From Pecten maximus (taxonomy: Eukaryota): a DNA stretch of 64,000 nucleotides. The position numbers were made by a program, and so were the translations under genes. How positions within the stretch are numbered: position 1 is the stretch's first letter; each line of letters starts with the position of its first letter. A model generated the notes under the pieces. That model saw nothing but the letters and a program-made list of their open reading frames with translations, did no database searches and was not told the origin of the DNA. Below are positions 27,559-39,755 of this stretch, in pieces. The stretch lies in contig NC_047028.1 of NCBI RefSeq assembly GCF_902652985.1, positions 20,274,001 through 20,338,000 of the forward strand, read 5' to 3'.

Positions 27559-30500
27559 TTATTCAATGACGAATTCGGGACTCATCAGCTGCTTGATTGT
27601 CTTTGGCAGTGGAAGATCAAAAATTTTCTCTCTGAAATTATTGTCTAGAATACGCCATACTGCCAATATCGTTAGATGAAAGAGAGGTTTAGGACTGCTC
27701 GCCAGAAACAAAAGCCAACTCATCATCTCAGTGTTACCCAGAAGAGATTCCGGAAGTTCTGCGTCCATGACGCCCTCATGAAGGTATGGCAGTCTACTGA
27801 TATTGTACCCGGCCGAGTAAAGTAGAAGTACAATGTCCCAACACCCAAGGTCCACAGCCAATTCCATGGGGTCAACCCAGTACTGGATGTCCGCTGTCCG
27901 ATATACTCTTCCACGAAAGTCCGTTCGAGCATTCCATTGAAGTAAGGCGCGAACACATCCTGCAGACTTCTTCTTTACAGCCACCAACAGTGATGTCACT
28001 CCCATCGGAACTGAAACACAACATATTACATCTAATACGAATAAAACGACAGGGAATATATAGGCTATTCAGTATTTGTAAAACTATTAACGAACAAAAC
28101 ACCTAATAACCACAGCATACATTTGGATTTATTAGCTCACCTGGACCGAAGGTCCGGTGAGCTTATGCCATGGTGCAGCGTCCGTCGTCCGTCGTCCGTC
28201 GTCCGTCCGTCAACATTTGCTTCAAATCGCTACTAGTCAAAAAGTTCTTATTGGATTTTGACCAAATTTGGTCAGAAACATCCTTGGCAGAAGAGGATCA
28301 GATTTTGCATAAATGGTGGCTCTGACCACCAAGGGGCCTGAGGGGCGGGGCCCAATAGGGGAAATTGAGGCAATTCCTTTAAATCGCTACTAGTCATAAA
28401 GTTATGAATGGATTTGAACCCAATTTGGTCAGAAACATCCTTTGGGGAAGGGGAACAGATTTTGCATAAATGGTTACTCTGACCCCCGAGGGGCCAAAGG
28501 GGCGGGGCCTAATGGGGAAATAGAGGTAATTCCTTTAAATCGCTACTTGTCATAAAGTTATGAATGGATTTGAACCCAATTTGGTCAGAAACATCCTTTC
28601 GGGAAGGGGAACAGATTTTGCATAAATGGTGACTCTGACCCCCAAGGGGCCAAAGGGGCGGGGCCTAATGGGGAAATAGAGGTGATTCCTTCAAATCGCT
28701 ACTAGTCATAAAGTTATGAATGGATTTGAACCCAATTTGGTCAGAAACATCCTTTGGGGAAGGGGAATAGATTTTGCATAAATGGTTATTCTGACCCCCA
28801 AGGGGCCAAAGGGGCGGGGCCCATTAGGGGAAATAGAGGTAATTCCTTCAAATCGCTACTAGTCATAAAGTTATGAATGGATTTGAACCCAATTTGGTCA
28901 GAAACATCCTTTAGGAAAGGGAAACAGATTTTGCATAAATGGTGACTCTGACCCCCAAGGGGCCTGAGGGGTGGGGCCCAATAGGGGAAATTGAGGCAAT
29001 TCCTTTAAATCGCTACTAGTCATAAAGTTATGAATGGATTTGAACCCAATTTGGTCAGAAACATCCTTTGGGGATGGGGAATAGATTTTGCATAAATGGT
29101 GACTCTGACCCCCAAGGGGCCAAAGGGGCGGGGCCTAATGGGGAAATAGAGGTAATTCCTTCAAATTGCTACTTGTCATAAAGTTATGAATGGATTTGAA
29201 CCCAATTTAGTCAGAAGCATTCTTTGGGGAAGGGGAACAGATTTTGCATAAATGGTGACTTTGACACCCAAGGGGCCAAAGGGGCGGGGCCCCATATGGG
29301 AAATAGAGGTAATTCCTTTAAATCGCTACTAGTCATAAAGTTATGAATGGATGTGAACCCAATTTAGTAAGAAACATCCTTTGGGGAAGGGGAACAGATT
29401 TTGCATAAATGGTGACTCTGACCCCTAAGGGGCCAAAGGGGCGGGGCCTAATGGGGAAATAGAGGTAATTCCTTCAAATCGCTACTAGTCATAAAGGTAT
29501 GAATGGGATTGAACCCAATTTGGTCAGAAACATTCTTATGTGAAGGGGAACAGATTTTGCATAAATGGTTACTCTGACCCCCAAAGGACCAAAGGGGCGG
29601 GGCCTAATGGGGAAACAGAGGTAATATCTTTAAATCGCTACTTGTCATAAAATTATGAAAAGATTTGAATCGAATTTGGTCAAAAACATCATTGGGGGAA
29701 GGGGAACAGATTTTGCATAAATGGTGACTCTGACCCCAAGGGGCCAAAGGGGCGGGGCCCCATATGGGAAATAGAGGTAATTCCTTTAAATCGCTACTAG
29801 TCATAAAGTTATGAATGGTTTTTAAAGCAATTTAGTAAGAAACATCCTTTGGGAAAGGGGAACAGATTTTGCATAAATGGTGACTCTGACCCCCAAGGGG
29901 CCAAAGGGGCGGGGCCCCATATGGGAAATAGAGGTAATTCCTTTAAATCGCTACTAGTCATAAAGTTATGAATGGTTTTTTTCAATTTAGTAAGAAACAT
30001 CCTTTGGGAAAGGGGAACAGATTTTGCATAAATGGTGACTCTGACCCCAAGGGGCCAAAGGGGCGGGGCCTAATGGGGAAATAGAGGTAATTCCTTCAAA
30101 TCGCTACTAGTCATAAAGTTATGAATGGATTTGAACCCAATTTGGTCAGAAACATCCTTTAGGAAAGGGGAACAGATTTTGCATAAATGGTGACTCTAAC
30201 CCCCAAGGGGCCAAAGGGGCAGGGCCTAATGGGGAAATAGAGGTAATTCCTTCAAATCGCTACTAGTCATAAAGTTATGAATGGATTTATACCCAAATTG
30301 GTCAGAAACATTCTTATGTGAAGGGGAACAGATTTTGCATAAATGGTGACTCTGACCCCCGAGGGGCCGAAGAGGCGGGGCCCCATATGGGAAATAGAGG
30401 TAATTCCTTTAAATCGCTACTAGTCATAAAGTTCTGAATGGATTTGAACCCAATTTAATAAGAAACATCTTTTGGGGAAGGGGAGCATATTTTGCATAAA

Positions 30501-33500
30501 TGGTGACTCTGACCCCCAAGGGGCCAAAGGGGCGGGGCCTAATGGGGAAATAGAGGTAATTCCTTAAAATCGCTACTAGTCATAAAGTTATGAATGGATT
30601 TGAACCCAATTTGGTAAGAAACATTCTTGGGGGAAGGGGAACAGATTTTGCATAAATGGTGACTCTGACCCCCGAGGGGCAAAAGGGGCGGGGCCCCATA
30701 TGGGAAATAGAGGTAATTCCTTTAAATCACTACTAGTCATAAAGTTATAAATGCATGTTGTAAACTCAGAGAGTCTGGACTTCATTATTTCTTTAAAGCA
30801 GTTGGGATCCCCACGCTATAACCATAAATAGCATTGTTTGAGGTTAACAAACAAAAGGAATTGAACATGAACATTATTTTGACATTTGGTCAAATCCAAC
30901 CAGGTGAGCGATACAGGCCCCATGGGCCTCTTGTATTTAGTTGTACTGGTATATGATATATAATATATGATAAACGAATACTTATTTCAAAAAGAACATA
31001 TCAGGTTGTCAAAAAACTTGATAAAATTTGTAGCTAATGTATAATGTCATCAGCATTTTAGGTCACCTGAGACAAAGCCTCAGTTAACCTATTGCGTCGT
31101 GCGTCGTGCGTCGTCCGTCGTAAACAATTTACATTTTCAACTTCTTTTCAATTACCAACAGGCCCAGAGATCTGATATTGGGTCGGTAGCATACTGGGAT
31201 AAAGGGCTACCAAGTTTGTTCAAATGAATGACCTTGACTTTCATTCAAGGTCACAAGGGTCAAATATGATAAAATCTTTAAACAACTTCTTCTTGATAAC
31301 CAAGAGGCCCAGAGACCCAATTTTAGGTCTGAAGCATGCTGTGATGAAGGGCTACCAAGTTTGTTCAAATTGATGACCTTGAACTTCATTCAAGGTCACA
31401 GGTGCCAAATATCATAAAATCGTTAAACGACTTCTTCTTGATAACCAAAAGTCCCAGAGACCCAATACTAGGTCTGTAGCATGCGGGGATAGAGGGCTAC
31501 CAAGTTCAAATGAATGACCTTAACCTTTATTAGGCTATAATCTTCAAACGACTTCTTTTCAATAACCAAGAGGCTCAGGGACTTTATATTGGGCCTGTAG
31601 CATGCTGGGCCAAAGGGCTACCAAGTTTGTTCCAATGGATGACCTTGACGTTCATTCTAGGTCACAGGGGTCAAATATGCTAAAATCTTTAGAGGACTTC
31701 TTCTTGATAACCAAAAGGCCCAGGGACCCAATATTAGGTATGTAGCACGCTGGGATGAAGGCTACCAAGTTTGTTCAAATGGATGACCTTGACCTTCATT
31801 CTAGGTCACAGGGGTCAAATATGCTAAAATATTTAAAGGACTTCTTCTTGATAACCAAAAGGCCCAGGGACCCAATATTAGGTCTGAAGTATGCTGGGAT
31901 GAAGGGCAACCAAGTTTTTTTTCAAAATGGATGACCTTGACGTTCATTCAAGGTCACAGGGGTCAAATATGCTAAATCTTTAAACGACTTCTTCTTGATA
32001 ATCAAGAGACCTGATATTGGGTCTGTAGCTTGCTGGGGCTACAAAGTTTGTTAAAATGCATGGCCTTGATCTTCATTCAAGATCACAGGGGCGAAATGTA
32101 TCAAAACTCAGGTGACCGATAAGGCCCATGGACCTCTTGTTTAATCTAACAGAGAAGATGTGGAAAGAGCTAGAAGAAATGATAATGATAGTACTAATTA
32201 ATTACTCTTTATCAGAGATAACCCTGGACTTAGTCGGCTATACGTACATCTAGTATTCGGATCTGCTCCACAGTCCATGAAGAACCGCACAAGAGCCTCC
32301 ACTTTGTAGAAAGCCGCCATACAAACTGGATTTGTATTCTCGCGATGGTTCAAGTTAAGATCAGCTCCAGACTGTGTAAGCATGATGACGATGGTCATGA
32401 TGTCATCATCTACGTCACAGCTGGCGTTCTGCAGGCTGAATGATTTGAATATAAGGTTAGTGAGAGGGGTCCTGCACGCGGTGTCCTGTGTGTTCGGGTC
32501 CGCCCCAGCTTGTAGTAACACTTCGACAAGAGCTGGGATCTTGTTAAGGGCAGCATACTGTGAATTGTAAGAGTTGATCATGATTATGAATATCCAACTA
32601 AACATAATTAACCGTTACCCATATTAGCAAAAGCAATGTATTTGAGAATAAAAACATGACCTACATTTAGTGTATTGATTCCATAATTGTGCCCCAACTC
32701 CTAGATCTGTATTCTTTATGTTGACGCTTTTGATCTCGCCCGCTAACATCACTGGCGAGTCCTAGAAGGACCAGAGCTGTATGATGTCCCTAACAACACT
32801 GAGGAGTCCTAGAAGGACCAGAGCTGTATGATGTCCCTAACATCACTGGCGAGTCCTAGAAGGACCAGAGCTGTATGATATCCCTAACATCAGTGACGAG
32901 TCCTAGAAGGACCAGAGCTGTATGATGTCCCTAACATCACTGGCGAGTCCTAGAAGGACCAGAGCTGTATGATGTCCCTAACATCACTGATGAGCCATAG
33001 ATAGACTAAGCAACTGTATGACGTCCCTAATATCCCTTGCGAGTCTTAAAAAGACGAAACGGCTGTATGATGCAGTTTTATATTCATTAAGCGGCTATAC
33101 GTGATCTGTTGGTGATTTACAATTAAGGGTTTTATTTTACTTATCACTGGTGTGTTTTTGTATAGTTGCGCAAAACAATGAGCATCAAAGAATCCTTACA
33201 TACAAGTCATCGTTGTTCTTATTAAGAGTATTTCGATCCCCCCACAATATCAGACTAGGAGTGTGATAGATCACACAGAATGTGTTAAAGAAGTGTAGTT
33301 TTGCTAAGATTATGCTTTATCTCCTGAATTTTGTTAGATAATATAACTACATCTTTATGATTCTCGAAAAAAACATTCGTCCTAACATGTAGGGCATGTG
33401 AATTTTACTCGTTATACATTGATTGCACGAGTTGCAAGAGGCGACTAGGTTTGGTATCTTTATCTCTTTATTTATATTCAATTTATCCTTCCTATGTCCT

Positions 33501-34461
33501 GCTTTATAATGAATCATTATGAAGTTCGCCAATGTCAATAAGGTTATGCGTTCTGGTCCATGAAGAGACATGTAAAGAAAACATGACTTGTCATTCCGAT
33601 GCCAGTATAATGAACCGGGAAAGATGGTTTGTTTTTACGTTTAATTTAATATGAAACGATGTCAAATCTGATCCCATTCTACTAGGCGCCAGTCTTTAAG
33701 AAACATTGTCAAAAAAAGATATAGAGAATACAGTGCAAATATGATCATTTAGAGATTTGTCAGAATCAAATAATAACATAAACTCATTTCAGAGGAATAC
33801 ATGTTGTTATAATCACGACAATTAATTCTGATTAATATTACATGACATTTAGCGCAAACCTATAATACGTTTTTGTCAATGAAATCTGTGTGATTTTCTG
33901 TAGCCTCACCTGCAAAGCGGTTCGTCTGCTTCTAAGATCCTTTAAATTTACGTCCGCTCCCGCGCCTAACAGCATCTCACATAGCGTCACATTGTTACTG
34001 ATTCCGGCGCGGGAACAGAGTGACATCAGAGGTGTCATACCAAACCAGTCGGTTTGGTCTGCTACGGCGCCAAAAGAAAACAGCAAATTCAAGAGTTCTG
34101 GTGATCCAGATTCCACGGCGCAGTGAATTGAAGCTTTGCCGAATCTGTCCTGCGAGTGTACTGCGTACGGATCGCGTGACAACAGTTCCTGAGCGATGTC
34201 ATTTAACTGCCGAACCATACAGTACATCAGGGGCGTCATGTTCCACTCGTCCTGTGCCTGGACATTGGCGCCATATTCCATCAACAGTTTGGCGCATTCT
34301 AGACGATCTTTTTCACAGCAAATGTGCAATAAGGATTTTTCGCCGAAGTATTTATAGTGAATGTCTGCTCCTTTTATGAGCAGTTGTGTCAGTTCGCCCC
34401 GATCATCCTGCTCCACAGCATGATAAAGTCTTAAGGCGACATCACAGGTGTCATCTGACAT
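27559..34461 (-). CDS. Ankyrin repeat and SOCS box protein (ASB-like), paralog C, ~437 aa
   Basis: Exons 34461-33910, 32557-32248, 28010-27559 (1314 nt). Long identical peptide stretches with B (KSLLHICCEKDRLECAKLLME, DEWNMTPLMYCMVR); SOCS box PKPLFHLTILAVW...DLPLPKTIKQL. Confidence 0.93.
28129..30934 (+). mobile_element. Non-autonomous Helentron/HINE (DINE-1/pearl-like) element with internal ~156-bp satellite, 16 full units
   Basis: 5' subTIR GCTCACCTGG plus nearby inverted repeat, (CGTC)-type microsatellite, tandem units starting 28224...30724, 3' subTIR CCAGGTGAGC and terminal hairpin AGGCCCCATGGGCCT-CTTGT. Confidence 0.9.
31056..32142 (+). mobile_element. Second HINE-like element with ~145-bp internal tandem repeat (~6.5 units)
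   Basis: subTIRs GGTCACCTGAG (31061) / CTCAGGTGACC (32107), CGTCGTG microsatellite, units containing GACCTTGA...TCAAGGTCAC, terminal AGGCCCATGGACCT-CTTGTTT. Confidence 0.88.
32743..33073 (+). repeat. 47/49-bp minisatellite (7 copies) composed of degenerate minimal type I hammerhead ribozyme motifs
   Basis: Reconstructed unit ACATCA-CTGATGA-GTCC-TAGAA-GGAC-GAAA-CAGCTG-TA-TGATGT: stem I ACATCA/TGATGT, stem II GTCC/GGAC, palindromic stem III, GUA cleavage triplet. Confidence 0.8.
33420..33620 (+). mobile_element. Highly degenerate SINE fragment (same family as 11201-11738)
   Basis: AAGAGGCGACTAGGTTTGGTATCTTTATC... and CAGTATAATGAACCGGGA. Confidence 0.55.
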
Positions 34462-36670
34462 TATGGAAAAGCTCCGGGTCACAACGTCAACGGGTCATTA
34501 TACCTTCGAATCAATACCATTCAATTTACCTGAAAAATATAACGAATAGTTGTTCTGTAAAAGGACAACACACACATAGTCAGTGCCGAAATATTCTAAG
34601 AAATTTAATATCTTACATAAGTGTGGGTTCTGTCAAATGACAGAGGCGAGCAACAATACATTTTGGGAATGTAAATAAACACTTGATACCACAAATTTCT
34701 ATCTCTTTATGTCCAAAAATATATCTTGTTACTAGACCCAGTGGTCAAGTATGACGTTAACCCCGAATATTATTGTTTTTACCTCCAAAGACAAACTGCG
34801 TAGTTCCTGCCTAATGCTATTGACCCTACTGTATACCTAACATCACTTGCATAGATGAATACATTATCTGCAAGTAGATGCATCTATAAATAGGACGTGC
34901 GAGCGTGATGTAAACAGAATCATGGTTGAAATTAAGAACTGCATGCATAACATTGTAAGACTTTATCAGTATGATAAGATATGTATACAGTGTTATATAC
35001 ATTTATAACAATGTAATGTCCACTTTAACTACTACAACTTAGTTGTTTATACTTGCCATTTGTAGTCCTGCAGTGAGCAACAAAGATGATGTGTAATAAG
35101 GAATGCATACACACAAGATATACCGTATTTACCCCACAGGAAACACAGCAATGATAACTGCCTACATTCTAGCTGTGTTCTGTAATATTTACATACTGGC
35201 ACTGTCCTAAGTGTCCTCTAATAATAAACAATTATATCACATGGTAAGTGTGCTTCTGTTACGTTTTTTGGAAATTTAAACAAGAAATGTCTTTAAAAAA
35301 GATAAACAACATAGTTTTAATGCTGGTGGTTGTAATGTAAAACTGCTGGTGAAATAAATTAGAGAACTAAAGCGTTTCAGCACGGATAACAAAATTATAT
35401 CAGTTTGAATCAGTGTTGGTGATAATATGGCTGCATTTGAATCTGGAATATAATTGTATTAATGTGCCATTTGAAAAAACATGCATCCACTCATTCAGCA
35501 TTCAACCTTAACTTTGTTCCGTTTTTAACTGCATATCTGCATTTTGCATTTACCGCTACATTGACCAATCACATACTTCATCCTGACCACCTACGCCATT
35601 TGTCGCGTCATATCCGGGCCAAAAGAATATTATACGGCTATGCTGAAAATAAATCGGAAGGCTATGGATCAACTTACTACACGAGAATAATGTACTGCAT
35701 ACTGAATTGTTTACTGATATGTGGACGGATCGAAAACAAGAAGTTACAGATGGACGGTAAGAACTGACCGACGACCGACAAACTGTTGTAGGGAGCAACA
35801 ATCATAGAAATGAATAAAATACTGGCGGAGAGACAAAGAACTTGATACTGTTAAAGCAATATGATAAGGTGCTGGTATTCCAGTTAGAAGGGTAGATAAC
35901 TTTTGTGATCTTGAAGTAACAACGTAAAACATATTTCGGAATATTCAAACACCAATATATGACCCCAAAGTATACACCCTTGGGTAGAATTTCCTGATCC
36001 CACATACCTATCATATGATGGACTTTATTAGTCAACTACTTAATAGTCCTTATATATCTACTGTTTGTGTCATGGTAACCCCGATAATAGGATGAATCAA
36101 TGTCCACGAAACATGGGATACTACCGATATTATTTCTGACTCTACGAGAGCATTGATCATATTTAGTAAAACACATAAGGAAGTACACTAGTGTCCACAT
36201 ATTGGACCAAATTTTTCCTTTTTGAAGAAAAAATTCAAAAGCAAAACTTTTATTTCCCAAACTTTGGTCCATGTGAGTTTGAAAGCATATGTGAAACGAT
36301 GATTAATAGATAATATTTTAAATACTCTGTCAGTTAGTTTTTATTTGTGGATACGAATTCATTTTTAATTTATAATAAATACAGTCCCTTACCGTTTATT
36401 TAGGCTGAAGTGTAATGTCCAATGATTTCGAACATATTGTATGGTGTTATAATGGTCCAAGTTTACTTCCTGGTAAGTCATTACTCTTTGTAGTGCTTTG
36501 TAAGCTATAAATGTAAGTTATGCCATTGCTATTAAAAGACTGAGCCATTATTTTTTCTTATATATTTCTTTAACATAATGATTATTCTTATCTTTAATTG
36601 GAGTAAATAAATTTACAATGAGGGCCTGGGAAGTTTATGCTAACATCGTGATATCATTGGGAAATTTCCT

Positions 36671-36837
36671 AAATCGGCCAAAGTTCCGGCCTATCACAAG
36701 GAGCCTTAACACAAACATACCACAGCCACCCAAAAACACACGTACGCACTCACCACACGCATGCATGTGGCACGCACGAGAGGCCGTCCTTAAATGAACT
36801 TAACTGTTGATAGGATGTTAAACAAACCAAACCAAAT
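36671..36837 (+). mobile_element. 5'-truncated SINE copy (3' part and CCAAA tail)
   Basis: AAAGTTCCGGCCTATCACAAGGAG...GTCCTTAAATGA...AAACCAAACCAAA; flanked by TTGGGAAAT at 36657 and 36838. Confidence 0.8.
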
Positions 36838-38904
36838 TTGGAAATGTTCGTTGTTTGGGCGGAACATAATAGAGAGAAATTATTTTCCCTGATGTTGCGG
36901 ATTTTCTTAAGGTGACGTGGTTGTTTTGCGCGTGCAATGTGTGAGAGTAGGTGCCATTCGGCGAGGATAGCCAAGAATACGCAGAATAGTTACGACAAGA
37001 CTTATAAGTGAAATTATATTAATCAAGTAACGGATGGGAGTAATATTGATGATGCTGATGATATTGATAAATATCTTGTCGCGTTCATATCACTACTTGG
37101 CAATGGATACATGCCAATATGTTTATAGGAATGTTTTCCTAAGAGAAAATAATGCCGTGACCAAAATGAATTAGATTTCCTTGTGTAAATTGAAATTAGA
37201 CGTGTTCAATACTCGTTGATATTCCCGATTCCGTTGTCATGCACCATACTGAGAAGGTGATTTATCACTTGAATTTGACTAGTTTGGCGAAAAATATCGT
37301 TTATGGAACAGATACGGTTTACCTCCCAAAACACTTGGTCTTGTGTCCTTCGTACTTTTACTTTAGTATATACTTTGTTCTTGTGTCATAAATTTTAAGG
37401 AAGTCGCTGAGAAATTATTAAATTATGAAAATGATTAACATCTGTAAAAGGCAACAGAGAATACTGGAAATTCTAACTCAGATTCGACAAAACGAGGGCA
37501 TACAATAAAACAATGCATATCTGCTTGGAAACCCTTAAGCAAAATAAGACCAGGTGTTCCGTTATCGCAAACGTCTTTGAGGCATACAAATCTAGGTCAA
37601 ATCCGGGTTAAGTCACATTCTCAACACGGCTAGGTATACCAACAGACATCAAACACGTCTTATTTCATAATTCATAAAGGATGATTAAATAATGCATTTC
37701 ATCCGTTCTTATTGCTTTGCCGTAGTTTTGAATTACACAAGCCATGGCAATTTGTATTGTTCAAAATTATGAGTTTGTATCATAAGAAAATAGGAGACAA
37801 ACTGAAAGAATAATTTAGCATGTTAGGTGTATATAATAGATAATCTTGTTTTAAGAATTCTTTGTGCTTTATGGTGATTATACTGTCGGTAATTAAGTAT
37901 TTTTGCGACATAGAATTCGATTTACAAACATAGATTTCAAAACACACGGGGTTTTCACTACCACAATTCGTTTTTGTTATGTTTTAGTGCTCGATTTCCT
38001 CAATTATCTGAGTGAACAACCGTAAACCAATAATGTTTGAACTAAGACTGACAAAATGCACCTTTTTAGGTTCCACATTTGTTTGTGATATCAGTTATTA
38101 TCAATCCTAAGACTTGTCCAGATAGTATAACGTTATTTTATCATAGATGATTTCTGTCTGGAATTCAGATAACACCAGAGAATTTTTAAGAGTATAAAAT
38201 GATTATATCGGGATTACTTTAGTAAAGGCATATCTATAGAACAATCAAAGATCTTGTAAAATAACAATCTAATTAAAAAATAGCTTATTGTTTGTACTAG
38301 AAAAATCGAGTAAATAATTTTTAAAGATGTGTTGTTTTTAAACGTCTTGTGACATTTCATTTTAATTAGAAATCAAAATTACTTCCTGAACGGTAACAAT
38401 CAGAAAACCAGTTTAATAGCAATATCTGATGTGAACTATTTTAAATGCATTTCGATCCACAAGTACTTTGGAACCAATCGCATGTACTACAGTAATATGT
38501 GTTTTATCTCTCCCTAATAAAATGGATATGTAGCTGTCACATTTGACAGACAACTTGTTTTCTCTTACAATCGACGGATGTATCATCATTTTTACTGGTG
38601 CATTGTTTCACTCTAGGATTGAGACAAACAACTCTTAAGTTAAAGAAACTGATACAACGAAGTGAAGAACTGAACTAGACCGTTCTCGAGGAGGATTCGT
38701 GAAAACTTCTCCTCACCGTCCTACCCCCGTCCCGGTCACAATTCCTATAAGGCGTTGTACACTTCGCCCATGGCCCCTCCTCTTGGATGTCTCTTCGGAT
38801 GTGTTGGACCTTTAATCCACCTATAATACCTCTCCATTCAACGCCTGAGCACTACACTTATGCACTTCATAGTAAAGCAAAGCAAACCAACTTCGTAATA
38901 GAAG

Positions 38905-39755
38905 TGTATTATTTATTCTAACACGATTCGTTTGCAACGCGTGTTTTGATTGGTTGCGGACCGACTTCTAATCTGCGATAGAACCATGACATATCGTGTT
39001 AAGCCACGCCCCGTTTCTAATCAAAACAATATGGCGTCAAGTTCGACTCGTAGCGAAATTCAACACTCTGCACCATTTATGATTGATGACCCGTGATATT
39101 GGAATCGAAAGTGAAGAAATCGAATAGAATGAAATAACTTAATAAATGTAACAAAAATCGTTAACTTCATTCTTACCGTCATTTATTGATTGAAATGTTC
39201 ATTTCGTCCGTGTGTAAGCATCTAAGGTCAAGTAAAATCCGAAATGAAATGGAACAAGTGCACATAACTTTCACATAACGATTGAGCCTATAGAAACACA
39301 TCAACTCTGACTTTGTCAAAACGCCCATGTCGTTATGCATACTGCATAAATCCAAATATGTCGTTAAATCTTCTGTAACAGGACTTTCACAACAATCCAA
39401 ATACACCGCTTCGTCAACATACAGATCGAACTCTCGCCAGTATGGGCGTGGCCAATTGACCGACTTTGAAAGCTTCTCTCTGATTGGTCAATCCGCCACA
39501 GTATGACACGTAACTAACGGAGGTCACATAGTACTGAACAGCTTACTTGTAGCGATGTAAAACAATGTATCTAAATATATGCGATAGTAAACGTGTTAGA
39601 ATGGGGATAGTACGTTGTTTTTCGTGGCTATACTGGCGATTAGAACATGAAATTTGGTTAAAACTCTCGACCTATCGGTCTCGAGTTCAAACCAAATTTC
39701 ATGTTCTAATCGCCAGTATAGCCACTCAAAACAACATACTATCCCCTAATTAAAT
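38905..39755. mobile_element. Probable non-autonomous DNA element ending in a long palindrome
   Basis: GATTGGT/ATGGCG motif content; 57-bp inverted arms 39603-39659 / 39690-39746, including a perfect 36-bp core. The left boundary is approximate. Confidence 0.6.

Noticed and set aside
29604-31389. Repeated ORFs MTSSDLKELPLFPIWGPAP... and MKFKVINL...
   Set aside because: Chance translations of the HINE satellite units; no domain and frequent stops.
28224-33073. CRISPR-like appearance of the tandem arrays
   Set aside because: Units repeat along their whole length with no unique spacers, there are no cas genes, and the context is eukaryotic.
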